Shown: positions 1 to 12,361, numbered from the whole stretch's first letter. The stretch is 63,531 nucleotides of DNA, filler included, from Hyphochytrium catenoides (GCA_900088475.1; 14 parts of 14 records of this genome joined end to end with filler, not necessarily neighbours in it), one strand, 5' to 3'. Made by a program: numbers and translations. Notes: a model not told the origin generated them from the letters alone.

Positions 1-290
1 AGAGAGAGAGAGAGAGAGAGAGGAGGAGAGAGAGAAGAGACACGGGTACAAAGCAAACTATGGACAAAGAAAGAGTCAGGCCGGTCCTTTCTAAGAGTCA
101 AACGGACTCTCTCTGCCCCGCTCTCGCCGTGCGCTTCTCCTCTCTCTCTCACTCTCACTCTTACTTTTCTGGCCTTCTTTCGTTCCCTCTTTGTCTCTTT
201 TTGACAATCCCCGTTCATGTTTTTCTCTCTCTCTCTCCCTCTCTCTCTCATTCTCTCCCTCTTCCTCCTCCTATGCTCTCCTGTATGCAG

Positions 291-3016
291 AAAAAAGATT
301 GGCGGTATAAACTTTTGGAAGAACATCGGGGAGCGTATGATAGAGATTAAGGGACAGAAAAAGCCTGCGAAGATGTTCCTACAGGTACCAGAAAGAGAGA
401 GAGAGAGAGAGAGAATGAGAGAGAGAGAGAGAAAAACGGAGGGAACACAGAGAGAGATTGCTCTCACGCAGTAGCAGAAAGATCTCTATGATTCGCTTTT
501 TTTCAGCCTTTCTTCTCTTTTCCATTCAACTGTTCTCTTTGCGTTATCGATCGCTCTTCAGTCCTTTTTTTCTTTCTTTCTATCTGTCTCTCTTCCCCTC
601 TCTCTCTCTCTGTCTCCAGTGTCTCTCCTCAGTGTCTCTCTTCACTGTTTCTCTCCAGTGTCTCTCTCTGCAGATTCTCGCTCTCCTTCCCGCCTTGCTC
701 TGGCCCTCTTGATGTCCACACCTCTTGCCCTTTGTTCCCCTTCCCGTTGTATCTCTTTCTGTCTCTTTTCCCTTCTCTCCCTTCCTACCTCTCTCTCTCT
801 CTCTCTCTTGTACAGCTGGGGAAGGTTTGCTCTAGTCTCTATAGGTTCTCCCCCATTTCTTTCTCTCTTTCCTTCTCCTCCCTCTCCTTGTCTGCCGACT
901 CCACTTTCTTTCTTCGAGCTCTTCTTTTCTGAATTTTCTCCTCTTGTTCTCTCTCTCTCTCTATGTCTCTACTACTCTGCCTCTACTTTTCTTTGCCTCT
1001 CTCTCTCTCTCTGTCTCTTTATCTCTCTCTCTTCTCTCCCAGGACAAGGTCCAGCGGTCGACGATGCTGAAGCTGCTCCGGCGCGCATCCACGGTCTGCA
1101 AAGACAGCGCGACTCTGACTTCCCCGGGAGGCAACACAGGCTCTCTCGCGGAAAGAAGGAAGATGAAAGGCATCAAGGTTAACACAGAGACAGGTGAGGA
1201 ACCTCCGCAAGCACGAGAGGTGGAGAGAGAGAGAGAGAGAGAGAGAAGGGAGACAGAGAGAGGGAGAGAGAGGGAAAAAAGAAGAAGAGAGAGAGAGATG
1301 GTTTTAAATTGAAGGAGGTGGAAACGAGGTTAGCCGGCTGGTGTTAGGTTGATTGATAGCCTGACCTCAAATCTCTTTCTCTCTCTCTCTCTCTCTCCCT
1401 CTGTCACCATCTCTCTCTCTCGGGACTCCTCTCCCTTCTCGAAACATCGCCCTTCATTCTGTCACAATCCCTCACTTACGTGTAATCTCTCTCTTTCTCT
1501 TTCCCTTTCTATCCCTCCTTCTCTCTTTCTCTTGTCTTCTCTCTCCCATAATCTCTCTCTCAATCTGCCATTTCCTCTCTCTCTCTCTCTCTCTCTCTCG
1601 GATCTCTCGTTCTCTCTCCCTCGTTCCCTCTCTCCCTCTTCCTTTCTCTCTCTTACTAGGAATGGCTGAACCGAAGGAGAAGAAGGGACCATCCGGCATT
1701 CGGAAGAGTATGCGGAACCTGATGGTTAAGATCAACGACATGGCCAACTCTGCCTCTTCTTCTCCTTCCTCTCCCTCCAAGCAGCAGAGACTCAATAAAT
1801 CAGGAGAGAAAGAGAAAGAGACCGAGAAAGAGAGAGAGGAAAGAACTGTTCCTATGTCAACAGTAAAGAGCAATCTTTCTCGCGCCGCTCGGAGCCTGAA
1901 GAAACTGGTGAGCAGAGAAGACAAGACGAAAAGCATTCCTGAGGAGAGCGAAGTCGTCAGAGTATCTTCAATATCAAGCACAAGTAAGTGTTCTCTCTTT
2001 TTCTCTCTGTGTGTGTCTCTCTCTCTCTGTCTCTCTGTCTATGTCTCTCTCTCTCTCTTCTATCGCCTCACCTTTTATCTGTCCTAGTGCCATCGCACTC
2101 TCATGCCCTTCTCTTTCTTCTCCTCTCTCTGAAGTCCTGACAATCGCTCTCCGTCTCTCTCACATGTCTCTCTTTCTCTCTCTCTCTCTCTCTTCTCTCT
2201 CGCTCTCTCTCTCTTCTCTCCGTCTTGGCTCTGTCAGGAGAGAAAGAAGCCAGCCGCCCCGCTCGCCTTAGCCCTTTAAACAGCAAGAGGAAGCCTCCTG
2301 CCAGTAGCAGTCAGAGAGAAGAGAGTGAAGGGTACAGCAAGAGGAGCGGCGGAGGAGGAGAGAGAGAGAGAGAGAAAGCAATCATCTCTCCCTCTCCTCC
2401 AGCTCCCGTCATAGGAGGCGCTGCAGGAACAGCCGCCAGCCCCAAAAGAGGAGGAAAAGAGCAGGAGAGACAGGACGACGGAGACACCGAGACGAGTCAG
2501 AGCAGCAACACCGGAGGGGGAAAGAGAAAGCCTCCCTCCCCTGTCTCTTCTTCTTCTGAAACGGGAGGAGGGAGAGAGAGAGAGAAGGAGAAAGGAGGCT
2601 CTCTCTCTCCTACGTCCAAAGGCAGTCGTCATTATTCTATGAGCTCCGGACACGAAGCGGCCTCCACCTCCGAGATAAAAATCTCTTCTAGGACAAATGT
2701 TAGGGCAAGAGAAGAAGGAGAGAGAGAGGGAGAGAAAGAAGGAGGAGAGAGCGCAAGAAGTCGTCGCTCCTCTGATAGGAGTAGGAAGAGCTCCATAGAG
2801 TCGAAGAGAGGAGAAGAGAAAGGAGGAGAGAAAGGGAGACGGAAGAAATCTTCCTTAGGAGAGAGTCCCAGACGAGGAGGAGAGAGTCCCAGACGAGGAG
2901 GAGAGAGTCCCAGACGAGGAGGAGAGAGTCCCAGACGAGGAGGAGAGAGTCCTGGTCGGGGAGGAGAGAGAAAAGGTTCTCAGACTCTTGGGCAAATGCT
3001 TCAGCCAGCAATGTAG
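291..3016 (+). CDS. 5'-partial multi-exon protein with long Ser/Arg/Gly-rich C-terminus. Exons 291-384, 1043-1193, 1660-1983, 2238-3016. The first exon weakly resembles the C-terminal motif of a class III nucleotide cyclase.
   Basis: Three GT-AG introns with matching phases (0,1,1) join MFLQ|DKVQ..., ...TETG|MAEPK..., ...SST|REKEAS... and end at TAG 3014-3016. The cyclase hint rests only on 'ERMIEIKGQKKPAKMF'. Confidence 0.6.
2858..2962 (+). repeat. 21-bp coding tandem repeat (GESPRRG x4 plus one variant copy)
   Basis: ggagagagtcccagacgagga repeated in frame within the last exon. Confidence 0.9.
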
Positions 3017-3840
3017 GCTCAAGCCTTCTATTCTCCCTTCCAACCACATCGGGAGTCTCTCTTTCTCTCTCTCCTTCTCGCTTTCCCTTTCTCTTCTTTC
3101 ATTTTCTGCTTTCCAAATATGCTCGGCCAGTCATTCCTTTCCTGAGTAAGGGAGAAGGGGGATTGCTATACAGAGAAAGAAGGGATGAAAACACTAATAC
3201 TGAACGTGAGAGAGAGAAAGAGAGAGAGAGCGAGAGCGAGCGAGAGAGAGAGAGAGAGAGAGTTAACACAAGCTGTGTCTCTTGATACACTATTTATATG
3301 CCTTTATATTTATATATACACTACGCTTACATACGATCCCCTTCCTGGTTGCGTGCAGTCTTTCTCTTCTTGAATGAGTTTCGATAAGAGAGAGCGAAAA
3401 AGAGAAAAAGAGAGAAAGCATATAGCCGTGAGACGCTTTGGTCCACAATCCTCTCCCCATGACCCGTCTCTCTCTCTCTTTGATTCTGAGTTTGTCTCTT
3501 CCCTCTCATCCGCGGGCATTGCCGCCTTTTCAACCGAACAAGAAAGAAAAGACGAGGATACGCTCTTTATTCTTTTTGCTGTTAATAAGCTGCCAAACGA
3601 GGGAAAGAGAGAGAGAGAGAGAGAGACAGAGCGACAAAACGGAAGAAAAAAGAAAAAACGAGAGGATTGCTTTGGCACTCCTCTTCAAATAGATAGCAAA
3701 GACCCAAAATGCAAGAAAAATGCTGTGTCCCCCAGAGAGAGAGAGCAAGTCGAGAGAGAGAGAACTAAGCGCAAAAAGACAACGGCATTGAACACACTCT
3801 CTCTCTCTCTTTTTCTTCTCTCTCAAAAACGTTTTTAGCT

Positions 3841-5730
3841 CTAGAACATGAAGCCATTCAGGAGCTCATCCAAAGCACCTCCTCCCGCTCCCTGCTGCTG
3901 TATCACTGGGTTATGCGGATGTGCGCTCGAGAGAGAGAGAGAAGAAGCAGAAGAGGACGAAGAAGAGGAGAGACACTCTTTCAGCATCATCATCTCCTGA
4001 TGCTGCTGCTGTAGATCACTTGCTAATGGAGGAGGAACTGCAGCAGCAGACGCAGGAGAAGAAGAAGTGAAGTGCTGGCTGGGGAGAGAGAGAGAAGACA
4101 GAGCCGAAGAGACGGCAGAAGAGGGAGAAGAAGGAGAAGACGTGTCAAGAAAGAGAACGAAAGAGAGAGCGCTGATTTGTCTTCCTCCGTCATAAACAGA
4201 AGAGATCAGAATATTCACCGGGACAAGGCGTTGTCCTAACATTAAACAGCGGACATTGCAGCACCAGAGAGAGGGAAGACCGCCTCCTCCTCTCAAGATC
4301 TCTATGGACATTTTCTTCACTCTGTTTCCGTCTTCTGGAAGGAAGAAAGAGAAGAGACTCTCTCCTGCCATGGAGAAGAAAGAGGGAGAAGAGGGAGAAG
4401 GAGAGGAAGCAGGAGAGAGAATGCGAGAGAAAGCGCTGTTATGGTCCACAATCGTCCCTGAAGTGCTGGAGAGAACCATCGCGATCGTGATAGAGCGGAA
4501 GAGATCTTCATAGGTCGCGGATGTCCCGGGGATAATCCCTCGGATGGGGAGAGAAGAGAGAGAGGGAGAGAGAGAGGCAGCTGCGAGAGAAGAGACTGGT
4601 GGTGGCGTTGGATAAGTAGAGCAGGTCTCTCGAGGAGAGAAAGAAACGCAGTTGACGCTCGTGGGAGAGGCTTTACTTCGGCTGTCTCTCTCTCTTCTCT
4701 CTCTCTCTCCTCCTCTGCCGTACCCAACAGGGGGAGGAGGAGCGGGAGGAGAGATGAAGACAGGCTGGGGAAGAGAGGGCTTGCAGGTACTTCCCCCTCC
4801 ATGTATGTCCGTTTTCTCTTCTCTTTCTTGCTCTTGCATCTCTCTTCTCTTTTCCGCCGCGAAGTTTATTGGCTCATGAAGCGCAGGGGCTGCGGTTGCT
4901 GGACCTGAAATCGCAGAGAGAGAGAGAGAGAGAGCGCGAGAGAGAGAGAGAGAGAGAAGGAAGCAAGCTGTCAGACGTTTTGCAAGAAGCGCGGATACAA
5001 TAGCGCGGCGGAGCTCTCGCAGAGAAATACGGAGACTTGAGAGGGAGAGAGTGTGTGTGTGCGTGAGAGAGAAAGAGAGAGAGGAAAGGGAGAAGGAAGA
5101 GAGAGATAGACACTTACAGACGTGGTGCTTCCATTCTTTCTCTTTCTCCCGCAGTCCAGAAACCTCTTTCTCTAGCTTGCCAATGAGCTGCAGGGTGGCT
5201 GCGAGGATGTCCTGACGCGCTCTCTTTCCTCTCCCCACTCCCACGATTTCTAGCTTGGAACGCAAGAGAGAGAAAAGGTCGGCAATCCTCTTCACTCGCT
5301 TTTTCTCTCTCATGTTATGGTCATGCTTTCTCTGGGCCTCTGTCTCTCCATCCTCCATATTGTAGAGAGAGAGAGAGTCGCCTTCTCTCTCTCTTTCGTC
5401 TTTCTCTTCTTCGTCTTCACGACCTCCTCTCTCCCCGGTAGAGGAACAAAAGGCACTCTCTTCTTCTTCTTCTTCTTCCTCTTCCGCGGCAAAGCTTAGC
5501 TGATTTTCTCTTCGCCTCTTTCGTCTTCTCTCTCCTCCACCGTCCACTCCTTTTGAGACGAGAGAAGATGTTGGAGAGGAACAGAGAGAGGAAAGAGAAG
5601 AGGAAGATGTGGAAGAGAAAGATTCTCCCCTGGTTCTTAGCTGTGCCACCGCTTTTGCTACTGCCGCATCGATGGCTGCAGGCTCTACAGAGAGGGCGCC
5701 GTTGGTTCGTGATCGCGACTTCTTCTTCAT
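3841..5730 (-). CDS. bHLH-PAS transcription factor with a single C-terminal PAS domain; exons 5118-5730 and 3841-4904
   Basis: bHLH basic/helix motif RKHDHNMREKKRVKRIADLFSLLRSKL...RQDILAATLQLIGKL. PAS-like segment YEDLFRSITIAMVLSSTSGTIVDHNSAFSRIL...GESLFSFFLPED. A 213-bp GTAAGT...TTTCAG intron (4905-5117) removes the SLSL noise. Confidence 0.8.
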   Translation of the reverse strand: MKKKSRSRTNGALSVEPAAIDAAVAKAVAQLRTRGESFSSTSSSSLSSLCSSPTSSLVSKGVDGGGERRRKRRRENQLSFAAEEEEEEEEESAFCSSTGERGGREDEEEKDEREREGDSLSLYNMEDGETEAQRKHDHNMREKKRVKRIADLFSLLRSKLEIVGVGRGKRARQDILAATLQLIGKLEKEVSGLREKEKEWKHHVCKCLSLSSFSLSSLSFSLTHTHTLSLSSLRISLRELRRAIVSALLAKRLTACFLLSLSLSRALSLSLSAISGPATAAPALHEPINFAAEKRREMQEQEREEKTDIHGGGSTCKPSLPQPVFISPPAPPPPVGYGRGGERERRERDSRSKASPTSVNCVSFSPRETCSTYPTPPPVSSLAAASLSPSLSSLPIRGIIPGTSATYEDLFRSITIAMVLSSTSGTIVDHNSAFSRILSPASSPSPSSPSFFSMAGESLFSFFLPEDGNRVKKMSIEILRGGGGLPSLWCCNVRCLMLGQRLVPVNILISSVYDGGRQISALSFVLFLDTSSPSSPSSAVSSALSSLSLPSQHFTSSSPASAAAVPPPLASDLQQQHQEMMMLKECLSSSSSSSASSLSLSSAHPHNPVIQQQGAGGGALDELLNGFMF

Positions 5731-6707
5731 GATTTCTCAACGAGAGGGAGAGACACGGTAACGCGCAGAGATGACAAGGGAGAGACGCTGGGTGCCGAGA
5801 AGAAGCTCAGGTTGGAGCTTGATGTCTAAGTTTTTCTGAATAAATCTCAAGTTCTGCAGCTTTCTGCAGATTTATTGCCGTGTCTTTTATGGAGACTTGC
5901 AGAATCTTCAGCTGCTTTCTGTTAATCGTTGTGGAGGTGCAATGTGGTGCCGACCCAACATTCCTTGCTCTTCCAGGAGGGAGAGAAAGAATGGTTGCAG
6001 GGTTTTCCGCCTTCCTTCTCCACAAGGAAGCGCAATGCGACGGCCCTTCTCTCTTGATGAAGCTCTTACAAGGCTTTCTTAGAATCTCAGGGAAGTACGA
6101 GGCTTGGGACTTTTGTGGGGGAGAACTAATGGAGAGAGAAAAAGAAAGAGAGAGTAAAGGAGGAAAGAGAGAGAAGACAGATGAAGAAGGAGGAAATGTG
6201 GATTGTCAGCCTGGTGCTGCACGGCAGCAAGGGCCAATTCCCAGAGGGACGCGCAGCAGCGGCAGCAACTCTAGCGGCTGCTGGAAAAAAGAGAGAGAGA
6301 GAGAGAGAGAGGGAGAGATCTAACAGTGGCAGAGAAAGAGAGATTTTGAGGAGAGAGAAGTGCGGTTTCAGTCCCAGATCTATTTTGGGCCTTGTTGAGA
6401 CCACAACGAGGGAGGAAAACGGGCGGTGGACAATGGATGGCGGCAACAGGCAGAGAGAGAGAGAGAGATGAAGAGAGAGAGAAGGGCGTTTTAGGGAAGA
6501 GAGAAAGAGAGAGAGCAAAAAAGCTAGCCGAGAGAATCAAAAGAGAGAGAGAGAGAAAGAGACGGCGCTGCTGGATGGTATAGGTGCGCGCAAGGGCCTT
6601 TGCAAACGGTGAAATGGCTCCTGCAATGCTTTTGGTCTCTTTCACTATGTGGGCTTCAACTTCAGAGTGGCGGCCTCNNNNNNNNNNNNNNNNNNNNNNN
6701 NNNNNNN

Positions 6708-6740
<33 letters not shown>

Positions 6741-7109
6741 TGAAGGGGAGAGAGCTACAAGAGTAAGAGAGACAGAGAGAGAGAGAGAAAGGGAAGAGTC
6801 AAAGAGCGAATGTGATCAGAGGATTTCTTGGGTGGTCTAACCCTTGTGCCTGCGAGCTCCTCTTTCCTCCCCTTGCAGCAGCGAGAGAGACAAGAGAGAG
6901 AGAGAGAGAGAGAAGGGAACAGAAGAAAAGAAGAGAGAAAGTAGGGTACAAGTAGAAGAGAGAATGCACTTTTGAATGGAGAGAGAGAGAGAGACAGTTA
7001 GCTGCTGATGGCTTTTGTACGTCTGAGATCTCCTACAAGTAATGTCCACACAGGGGGCCAGAGCTTTCCTGTGCCAGAGTCGGTGAGGGGAGCGGCTCTC
7101 GAGCAAATG

Positions 7110-7388
7110 TTTCTCTCTCTTTCTCTCTTTCCCTCTTTCTCTCTTTCCCTCTTTCTCTCTGTCTCTCTTTCTCTCTTCTCTCTTTCTCTCTTTCTCTCTT
7201 TCTCTTGTTCTCTCTTTCTCTCTTTCTCTTGTTCTCTCTTTCTCTCTTTCTCTCTTTCTCTCTTTCTCTCTTTCTCTTATTCTCTCTTTCTCTCTTTCCC
7301 TCTTTCTCTCTTTCTCTCTTTCTCTCTTTCTCTCTTTCTCTCTTTCTCTCTTTCTCTCTTTCTCTCTTTCTCTCTTTCTCTCTTTCTC
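7110..7388. repeat. Compound (TCTCTTTC/TC)n microsatellite array
   Basis: Direct inspection; source of the spurious EKERKRER ORFs. Confidence 0.9.
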
Positions 7389-9967
7389 GTAAGAGACTCT
7401 CCTGCTCCATCTTTTCCCTCTCCTTCCGTCCATGACTTTTGGCGATGATGTGGGAGGAAAGAGAAAAGAGTTCTGTCTTTATCCACTAACTGCCAGGAGG
7501 GGCGGATGGAGTTCCGGGCATCTCTCTCTCTCTCGTCTCATCTCTTCCCCTTTCTCATCATGATCTTTTCTCTCTCTTCTCTCCCCTTTTCTCCTAACAC
7601 TGGCCAATATTCTTGGGACGAGGAGAGAGAAGATTCTCTCTTCTGGTCAGCGTTCCGCTTTCTGTTCCGTGTGTCTCTTCTATATTCTTCTGTCTTCCCT
7701 CTTTCTCTCTCTTCCCTCCCCCCTCTATATCACTAAATTCTCGTCTCTCTCTTGCTGTCCAAGTTAAGGTCTTTCTCTCTTTCTCTCTCCTCGCTCCCTT
7801 CCTCCTCTCTCTCTCCTCTTTCTCTCACTTTATCTCTCTCTCCTTTCCCCTCCACTCTCTCTCTCTCTCTCCTTTCCCCTCCACTCTCTCTCTCTCTCTC
7901 CNNNNNNNNNNNNNNNNNNNNNNNNNNNNNNNNNNNNNNNNNNNNNNNNNNNNNTCTCTCTCTCTCCAGAACTCCAGAACTCCGCCTTCCCTCTCCCTGC
8001 CTCCTTTGTACAGAACAGAACGTACTGTTTCTCGCACTGCCATTCATGGTTCACTCCCTGTCCCCGCTCTCTCTCCCTCTCAATCTTCTAAATGCCTGGA
8101 TAAAGCGTTACTCTGTATCGCCTGATTCAGAGGCGCAGAGCCACAGAGTGCTTTGGCTTGGGGGTTTCGGTTCTAAATGTCCCAAGCTTTTACTGTGCGT
8201 TCCAGCAACGGGAGACAGAGTAGCTGATTGCCAATACAGAGTTTAGATGAGACGTTCTGTTTCCGTTGTATAAGTACTTTTACCATAAAGACAGTGTCTA
8301 TGAGAGATATGTCTGTAGGCAAAGTAGAGAGGGGCAGGAAAGTGAATGACAGGAAGGTTACTTTACTTTTTGTCTGTTCTGGCAGAATATCCTGAGACAG
8401 AGTCCACACTCGAGAAGACAGAGCCAGCGATATATCCGTTTATCCAGGCGGATTACTATGATAACGAGACAGCAAGAGCACGGCATAGATGCGCTTCTCT
8501 CTTAAGGAGATGGTGAAAATGAGAAAAAGGTGGACAGAAGGAGGGACTCAGACTCTTCAAAACCCCAATCAACCGCTTATAGGAGACATCCCTAATCGCT
8601 CTCACGGAGTTAATATGAGCCTTCTCTGATAGCTCTCCTTTTAAGGGTCAGCCTCTGGCCTTCTGTGCGGGGGTTGGGTTCTGTGGTGTAGGACCTACAT
8701 TTCTAAAAATCTGCTTCCCCCTCGTCCATCAGCCAGAATTTAGAACACCCCATGATATATGTTTATCCCTTGATGAACTCACACACAATGAAATATATTA
8801 TGCAGCTCTTCAAATTGCTCAGGGGGCCTAGAGTACAATGGGTAGCTGGCCTTCTACTGGGATTTCTCGCTTATTTGTCTGAGAATAGAACAGGACATAG
8901 CCCATAGTTCTAATATGGTCTCTATTTTGTCGCATTTTGAGATTCTTCCCTCTATTAGTAGCCAGAGATGAGTATACTTGGATCTATTCACTTGAATGTG
9001 AGTTCCAAACCCTTTTGACGAAGTGGTGGTTACCCCTGACTTATTCGTAATGACAGGTAGCCTAGAACGTAAGAGATTAGAACCAAGAACAGTGGCAGAT
9101 TTTCCTCGAGGAAGTGGACGAGACAGAGAGAACAAAGAGACAAAAAGGATGAGAGAAGGAAAGAGAGAGAGAACAAAAAGACATAGAGTTAAGTGTGAGA
9201 GAGAGAATGTGAGAGTTAACGAAAAAATAAATACCAAGAGCTGACAAGCGTGAGAACGAGACAGAGCGAGCGAAAGAAAGAGAGAGACAGAGAGAGAGAC
9301 AAAGAAGGAGCCAAAGAGAGAGACAGAGAGAGAGACAAAGAAGGAGCCAAAGAGAGAGACAGAGAGAGAGACAAAGAAGGAGACAAAGAGAGAGCCANNN
9401 NNNNNNNNNNNNNNNNNNNNNNNNNNNGAGAGAGAGAGAGAGAGAGAAAAAGAGAAAGAGAGAAAGAGCTGACGGATCGGAGTCACTGTCTCCTCCTCCC
9501 TCCGACGGAGGGACTATGTACCCGAGTCAGAGAGAAGCAACTGAAGACGAAGAAGAAGAGCAAAAGACAGTTGAAGAAAAGGGAGATAGAGAGAGATGAG
9601 GCCAGCCAAAGAGAGAATCTGACAGTTAGAGGCTGTCTCTCTCGTCCCCTTGTTCCACTTCTCTTTCTCTTCTCTTTCCCACACTCTCTCTCCTCTCTCT
9701 CCCTTTCGTTATTATCCCTCTCCTGTCCAACAGACAGACCATTGATGATGTTTCTCTCTCTCTCTCTCTCCCTCGTGTTCTCCAAGAGAGACTGGAAGGG
9801 TCCTGCAAAGAACGGGACGTTGGGAAGGCTGACTAATAAGGGTTCCTTTACAGCTGTAAAGAAAGAGGAGAAAAGAGAAATTACTGAGACGGAAAAGAAA
9901 GAAGTCGCACTTGACCAGAGATGTTTTTACTACTAAACATCTTGGAAACTATAGACTGTGCGGAAAC

Positions 9968-10002
<35 letters not shown>

Positions 10003-10076
10003 CAGGAAAGAGGGAGAAAGAAAGAGAGATAACGAGGGAGAGAGAGAGAGGGAGGGGAGAGGGAGGAGAGAGGGAG

Positions 10077-10113
<37 letters not shown>

Positions 10114-10579
10114 AAAGAAGGGAGAATCACTCCTAGCCTTTAACCATGAACGTACACTGACCCAAAGGGTCACGTGGGAGCCAGACAGAGGCCAGTTAGA
10201 TAGAGGGATTCAGGGAGAGAGATTCGGCAGCGAGAGAGAGAGAAACAATGAGAGAAAGAGACGTTTCTTCTTGGCCGTTACTGTTTCTTTCTTCCTGCTG
10301 TCATTGTGAGGGATGACGCCGCCTCCCCAATTTGTTGGGAGACTGTCTCTTGCGGCAGTACCTCCTCTTACAGGCGCGAGAGAGTGAAAGAGGAGAGAAG
10401 AGAAGAAGACCCGCGCGCGAGAAGAGAGAGAGACAGAGAGAGAGATCGAAGATGGGCCACGACATTCAACGACTCATCATCTCCATACCAGAGCTTTCCT
10501 TCTCGATATCTCTATAGGAAATGATCCTCCGCCGCTTCTCGTAGCATCTATGTTGATGTCCTGTTCTCTCTCTCTCTCT

Positions 10580-10679
10580 NNNNNNNNNNNNNNNNNNNNN
10601 NNNNNNNNNNNNNNNNNNNNNNNTTAATTAATTAANNNNNNNNNNNNNNNNNNNNNNNNNNNNNNNNNNNNNNNNNNNN
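10580..10679. other. Artificial contig-joining spacer N44-TTAATTAATTAA-N44. Also at ~15933, 17085, 18757, 20338, 25079, 26369, 28787, 32807, 47140, 48416, 55369 and 58723.
   Basis: Identical 100-bp structure occurs 13 times; the palindromic core gives stops in all six frames. Confidence 0.97.
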
Positions 10680-12326
10680 ATCGCCCCGGCCTCTTCGATG
10701 ATCCCTAGAGGAGGACACACGCGCCATGCTCAGAGATGCAGAAGAGACGGTGTTGATGTCTCTCGAGACCTACAGCCAGGCGCAATGCCTTTTGCAACTT
10801 ATACGCTCTGTCTCTACATCAGTGATCAACGCTGTCTCTTCTCCTCCAACATCTTCTCTCCCCATACCATCATGAGACTCTTTCTGCGTCCTTCCTATCA
10901 GCTTTAGCAATCTCTTCTCTTTCTCTCACTCTCTCTCTCTTCTCCTGTGGATTCGTTGGTCTCTTTGAAGCTGCTGGCTTATGTTTTCTTCCTCTGCCTG
11001 GAAGACTTTGTATTATCTTCCCGTGTGTGCGGAAGCCCACAAGCACTATATCTCTTTATCTGTTCTCTTTCTCCCGCTCTCTCTCTCTCTCTCTCTTGTG
11101 TGCAAAAAAGTTAGGCCTCTCTCTCTCGCCTTGCTCAAACTCTTCTTTCATCGAGCATGTGTGGAGACAGAGACAAGAGGTCGATTGCTTTGCTTTTATT
11201 CTTTTTTATTGTTGCTTACTCTTTCTCTTCCTCTGGTTTTGGGTCTTTTCTGATAATATGTATGGATAATGACGACTAATGTACATAAAGTGGCGGGAAG
11301 AGGAGTGCCAGTGATTCTTTGAAGTTTCTCTCTCGCTCTCTCTCTCTCTCTCGCTGTTGCTTCTTCACTCTTACGAGAGGGTAATAGACGCTTCCTGGCC
11401 CAAAATTGGCCAGCGGTTCTTATCTCTGTGGCTCTCCGCTCTGTCTTTTCTCGTCTTCGTAGAGAAGAGAGAGAGAGAGAGAGGGGTCTTCGACAGCGAT
11501 TATCTTCTAGTATGCTGCCGCCGCGATCTCTCTCTCTTTTCTTACTCGCTCTTGCATGTGAGGCTTAAGATACTGTCTCATCTTCTCAGCGGCGAGCTTG
11601 TTAGAGAGAAGTCTCTCTCTCTCTCCCTCGCGGCTTAATCTTCTTCTCTCCAGCGCTGCTTGGGGAAGTGCAATCTGAGGCGGCTCAGAGCGAGAGAGAA
11701 CGTTGCGGATAGTCCTCTGCAAACGAGGTGGAGGGAGACAAAGAAAATGTGAGGCAAGCTGAAAGAGAGAGAACGAGAGGGAGAGAGTACTCTAGGCTAC
11801 AGCCTAGTGCTGAGATAAGGTGACCACCCTGAGAGAGAGACACAGAGAAAGAGAGAGAGAGCGAAGAGGGGAAAAGTGGGAAAGAGATCTAGAAGCTACG
11901 CTTCGGCTTTTGAAGAAGCAGTCAAAGAGGAGACTCGTATTCTTACCTCTGCGAAAGTCTCTTCCTCTCCCAGATCCCGATAGATTTCTGCTTGGAGCTC
12001 CGAGAGAGAGAGCGCGCTGGAGGCTGAAGCACTTGAAGGACTAGTAGGAGCGCTGGAGGAGATGCTTGTAGGGCTTGCTCGAGCATTAGAAGAGTCTTTC
12101 CATCCTTCTTCAAGGCTAGAAGGAAAGAGAGAGAGGCAGTGCGAGACGTTAGCCATGGGAAAAGATTGATCAGGAGAAATACTGGCGGAAGACAAATGGG
12201 AATAGAGAGAAGAGACGTAGAAAGACAGAGAGGATGCGGTTCAACGTGTGTTGTGTGCGTGTATGAGAGAGAGAGAGAGAGAGAGAGGGCAGAGAGAGAG
12301 AGAGANNNNNNNNNNNNNNNNNNNNN

Positions 12327-12361
<35 letters not shown>

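Noticed and set aside
5800-10579. Exon-like islands between microsatellites (e.g. 5807-6110, 6580-6677, 8854-9120)
   Set aside because: May be parts of genes, but strand, frame and family could not be established
10624-10635. TTAATTAATTAA as a biological motif (e.g. piggyBac TTAA site or telomere)
   Set aside because: Always centred in exactly 44+44 Ns, so it is an assembly linker
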